NCBI RefSeq assembly: GCF_004010195.1
Contig: NW_025213777.1
Coordinates: 1 to 35,977, forward strand
DNA length: 35,977 nt
From: Chiloscyllium plagiosum
Lineage: Eukaryota
Direction: 5' to 3'
In this document: piece by piece, positions 32,795 to 35,977 of the stretch
Layout of the letters: each line of letters opens with the position of its first letter
Numbering within the stretch: position 1 is the first letter of the stretch
The notes under the pieces: generated by a model
Told to the model about the DNA's origin: nothing
The model's database searches: none
What the model saw: only the letters and a program-made list of their open reading frames with translations
Made by a program: the position numbers and the translations under genes

Positions 32795-33070
32795 AGTGAA
32801 AAGTCAATCACATCATAGTGGGTCTGGAATCATACATAGGCTAGATCAGAGACAGCAGATTGCTTTCCCCAAAGGGCATAAGGGAAGCAGATGGTGTATT
32901 ATAACAATCAATGAGAGTGCAACCCAGTCACCATTGTTGAGACTGGTTCAATTCCAGACTTATAATTTGCTGAATTTAAATTCTACCAGCTGCCATGGTG
33001 GGATTTGAACCCAACCTCCAGATTATTAGCCTCTGGATTACTATTCAAGTGATATTACTGTTATGCAGCC
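32795..33070 (-). mobile_element. Second SINE family copy
   Basis: Homologous to 15130-15375. Confidence 0.6.
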
Positions 33071-33547
33071 ATTTTTCGCTGACAGTGACAGCATAAGGAT
33101 AAGGGCTGAATGGCATACTCCAAAGCTGTAATATTTGAGCTCTCTCCAGGGTCCTGACTAATATTTATGCTGTAACTACAATCATTGCAACAGGCTATCA
33201 GCAATAATTGCTGCTTGTGGGTGCTTTTGCAATGTATAAATTAGCAGCTGCTTTTCTTACAATTCAATACTGACTCAATTCCAAATAGCTGTAAAGCAGA
33301 TTGGAATGTTCTGAAGTCATGAAAGACTTTGTATCAATGGAAGGCACTATTCTTTTTATTCATACAGTGTCAGGAGTTGCAGAGGAGCTGGAGACAGCAA
33401 GCTGACCCTGTGCCTGACACATAAAGATCAACCAATTTCTAACAGGTATCTGCATCTGACACCAAACCACTAATGAGATTGATGAGAGAATTTTGGTTAA
33501 AACTTGATTCATGGTCTTGTTTAAATCTGAAACGTGGGCAGGATCTC

Positions 33548-33605
33548 TGCTCCTGGGATGCTGCCTGACCTGCTGTGCTTTTTCAGCACCATTCTAATCT
33601 TGACC
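33548..33605 (+). mobile_element. 58-bp PLE terminal-repeat sliver (family A) with 9-bp TSD
   Basis: caggatctc at 33539-33547 and 33606-33614 flanking tgctcctgggatgctgcctgacctgctgtgctt...ctaatcttgac. Confidence 0.8.
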
Positions 33606-33809
33606 CAGGATCTCAGAAAAGCCAACGCTTTCTTTCTTCATCCATGCTAACAGCACATTTAAAAGTATTACGTCTTTTGCTGCACTGGCTGTTGGGCACG
33701 ATACTTAATTTTCCCAAAATTTAGCATGGTGTCTACCAAAAGATCTCTCATCCCAGACACTGCAACAGGTTCAGACATGGAGGACAAGGGACAAAGTCCC
33801 AGACTGTAT

Positions 33810-34260
33810 AAATACTATGGCTACAAGAGTAGAAACCTACCAACGAGTAACTTACCTCTTGACTCCCCAAAGTCTGTCCACTATCTACAACATATAAGTC
33901 AGGAATGTATTGGAATACTCCCTCCTTGCCTGAATGGGAACAGATCCAATAACACTCAAGAAGCTTGACACCATCCACAACGAAGCAGCTAGTTTGATTG
34001 GCACCACATCCACAAACATTCACTCTTTCCACTATAGATGCACAATAGAAAATTCATGAAGGCTTCTTAGACAGCACCTTCCAAACCCATGACCACCATC
34101 ATCTCAAAGAAGAAAGGTAGCAGATACATGGGAACACTGCCATCTACAAGATTCTCCCCACTCACCATCCTGACTTGGAAATATGTTGCCATTGCTTCAG
34201 TGCTGCTGGGTGAAAATTCTGGACTTCCCTCCCTGACAGCAGTGTGGGTCTACCTACAGC
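33810..34260 (+). mobile_element. CR1/L2-group LINE fragment
   Basis: Homologous to 16600-16945 and 4780-4975. Confidence 0.7.
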
Positions 34261-34261
34261 A

Positions 34262-34588
34262 AATCATAGAATCCCTACACAGTGGATAGAGGCCATTTGG
34301 CCTATTGAGTCTGCATCAACTCTATGAAGAGCATCCCACCTAGATCCATCTCCCACCCTATCCCTGTAACTCTGCATTTCCTATGGTTATCCCACCTAGC
34401 CTGCACATCCTTGAACACTATGGGGCAATTTAAAATGGCCAATCTGCACAACCTGCATACTGAGGGAGGAAACCGGAGCACCCAACTGAAGGTCATATAG
34501 ACACAGGGAGAACCAAACTCTACACAGATGGTCACCCAAGGCCAGAATTGAGCCCAGATCCCTGGTGTTGTGAGGCAGCATGCCACCC
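34262..34588 (-). mobile_element. HE1-type SINE
   Basis: Reverse-complement head, core and tail. Confidence 0.8.
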
Positions 34589-34593
34589 AAGTA

Positions 34594-34706
34594 GAGTCAT
34601 AGAATCATACATCATGGAAACAGACTCTTTTATCCAACTCACCCATGCCAATCAGGTTTTCTAAACTGAACTAATCCCATTTGCCTGTTTTTGGCCTATA
34701 TCCCTC
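34594..34706 (-). mobile_element. CR1/HER1-type LINE 3' tip
   Basis: agagtcatagaatcatacatcatggaaacag...cccatttgcctgtttttggcctatatccctc. Confidence 0.7.
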
Positions 34707-35621
34707 GTTACAGTATCCTCAGGATATTCAATACATTTCTTCACGTGTTACCGTACTCTTAGGATATCCAATACATTTCTTCACGTGTTACAGTATCCTC
34801 AGGATATTCAATACATTTCTTCACGTGTTACCGTACTCTTAGGATATCCAATACATTTCTTCACGTGTTACAGTATCCTCAGGATATTCAATACATTTCT
34901 TCACGTGTTACCGTACTCTTAGGATATCCAATACATTTCTTCACGTGTTACAGTATCCTCAGGATATTCAATACATTTCTTCACGTGTTACTGAATCCTC
35001 AGGATATCCAATACATTTCTTCACGTGTTACTGTACCCTTAGGATATCCAATACATTTCTTCACGTGTTACTGAATCCTCAGGATATCCAATACATTTCT
35101 TCACGTGTTACAGTATCCTCAGGATATTCAATACATTTCTTCACGTGTTACCGTATCCTCAGGATATCCAATACATTTCTTCATGTGTTACCGTACTCTT
35201 AGGATATCCAATACATTTCTTCACGTGTTACTGAATCCTCAGGATATCCAATACATTTCTTCACGTGTTACCATTCCCTTAGGATATCCAAAACATTTCT
35301 TCATGTGTTACCGTATCCTCAGGGTATCCAATACATATCTTCTCATTTTACCGTACCCTCAGGGTATCAATACATTTCTTCTCATTTTACCGTACCCTCA
35401 GGTATCCAAAACATATCTTCTCATTTTACCGTACCCTCAGGGTATCAATACATTTCTTCATGTTTTGCTGTATCCTCAGGATATCCAATACATTTCTTCA
35501 TGTTTTGCTGTATCCTCAGGGTATCCAAAACATTTCTTCACGTTTTGCCGTATCCTCAGGATATCCAATACATTTCTTCTCATTTTACCGTATCCTCAGG
35601 GTATCTAATACATTTCTTCAC
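34707..35621. repeat. 40-bp tandem repeat, ~23 units
   Basis: Unit tcacgtgttac(a/c)gtatcctcaggatat(t/c)caatacatttct; exact 40-bp period to about 35340, then diverged 39-40-bp units. Confidence 0.97.
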
Positions 35622-35977
35622 ATTGGCAGTTTCAGCAAGCAATATGCACACAACAAAATCCCATAAACAGCTGTTAATCTAATTTTAGTGTTGGTTGGAT
35701 GAGGAGCACTGGTTACTGAATCCAGAAAATGTTGTACAACATTCTGAATAAAATATTGGATATTTTAGCATCCTCTTGAACAGCCACATAGAGCTTTGGA
35801 AATGGTGTCTCTAACGATGCAGTAATCCATCCTAAAGTGACAACCTAGGTAATGAAGGGTATGAGTGGTGAGAAGGGAACACACATTTCAGAAACATAAA
35901 GTATGGAGCAAATCTTCAATTGGATAAATATTGCTTCTGCCATTTGCAGAACAATATGGTAATGCAATATCTGAATG

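Noticed and set aside
34707..35682. CRISPR array or repetitive protein ORFs
   Set aside because: No unique spacers, vertebrate context, no cas genes; ORFs are by-products of the 40-bp periodicity

Overview
Repeat-dense, non-genic vertebrate DNA, almost certainly cartilaginous fish; the HE1-type SINEs and CR1/HER1-type LINEs point to a shark. I found no credible host protein-coding exon. The window is a nested mosaic of CR1-type LINE fragments, a Rex1/Babar LINE with related non-autonomous elements, a young Tx1-clade LINE with a target-site duplication (TSD), a decayed Gypsy gag-protease, about 8 HE1-type SINEs plus other SINEs, a tRNA-Ala pseudogene, two tandem arrays and a 299-N gap. The most interesting signal is a set of short Penelope-like-element (PLE) terminal-repeat insertions from at least three families. 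Most are fold-back palindromes flanked by 9-17 bp TSDs, carry minimal type-I hammerhead ribozyme motifs, and are truncated or inverted at the ribozyme. The window also holds several locally templated inverted insertions and micro-inversions, a 40-bp array with 13 CACGTG E-boxes, and a few candidate enhancer or promoter segments. Boundaries of old repeats are approximate, and family names come from motif recognition, not database searches.
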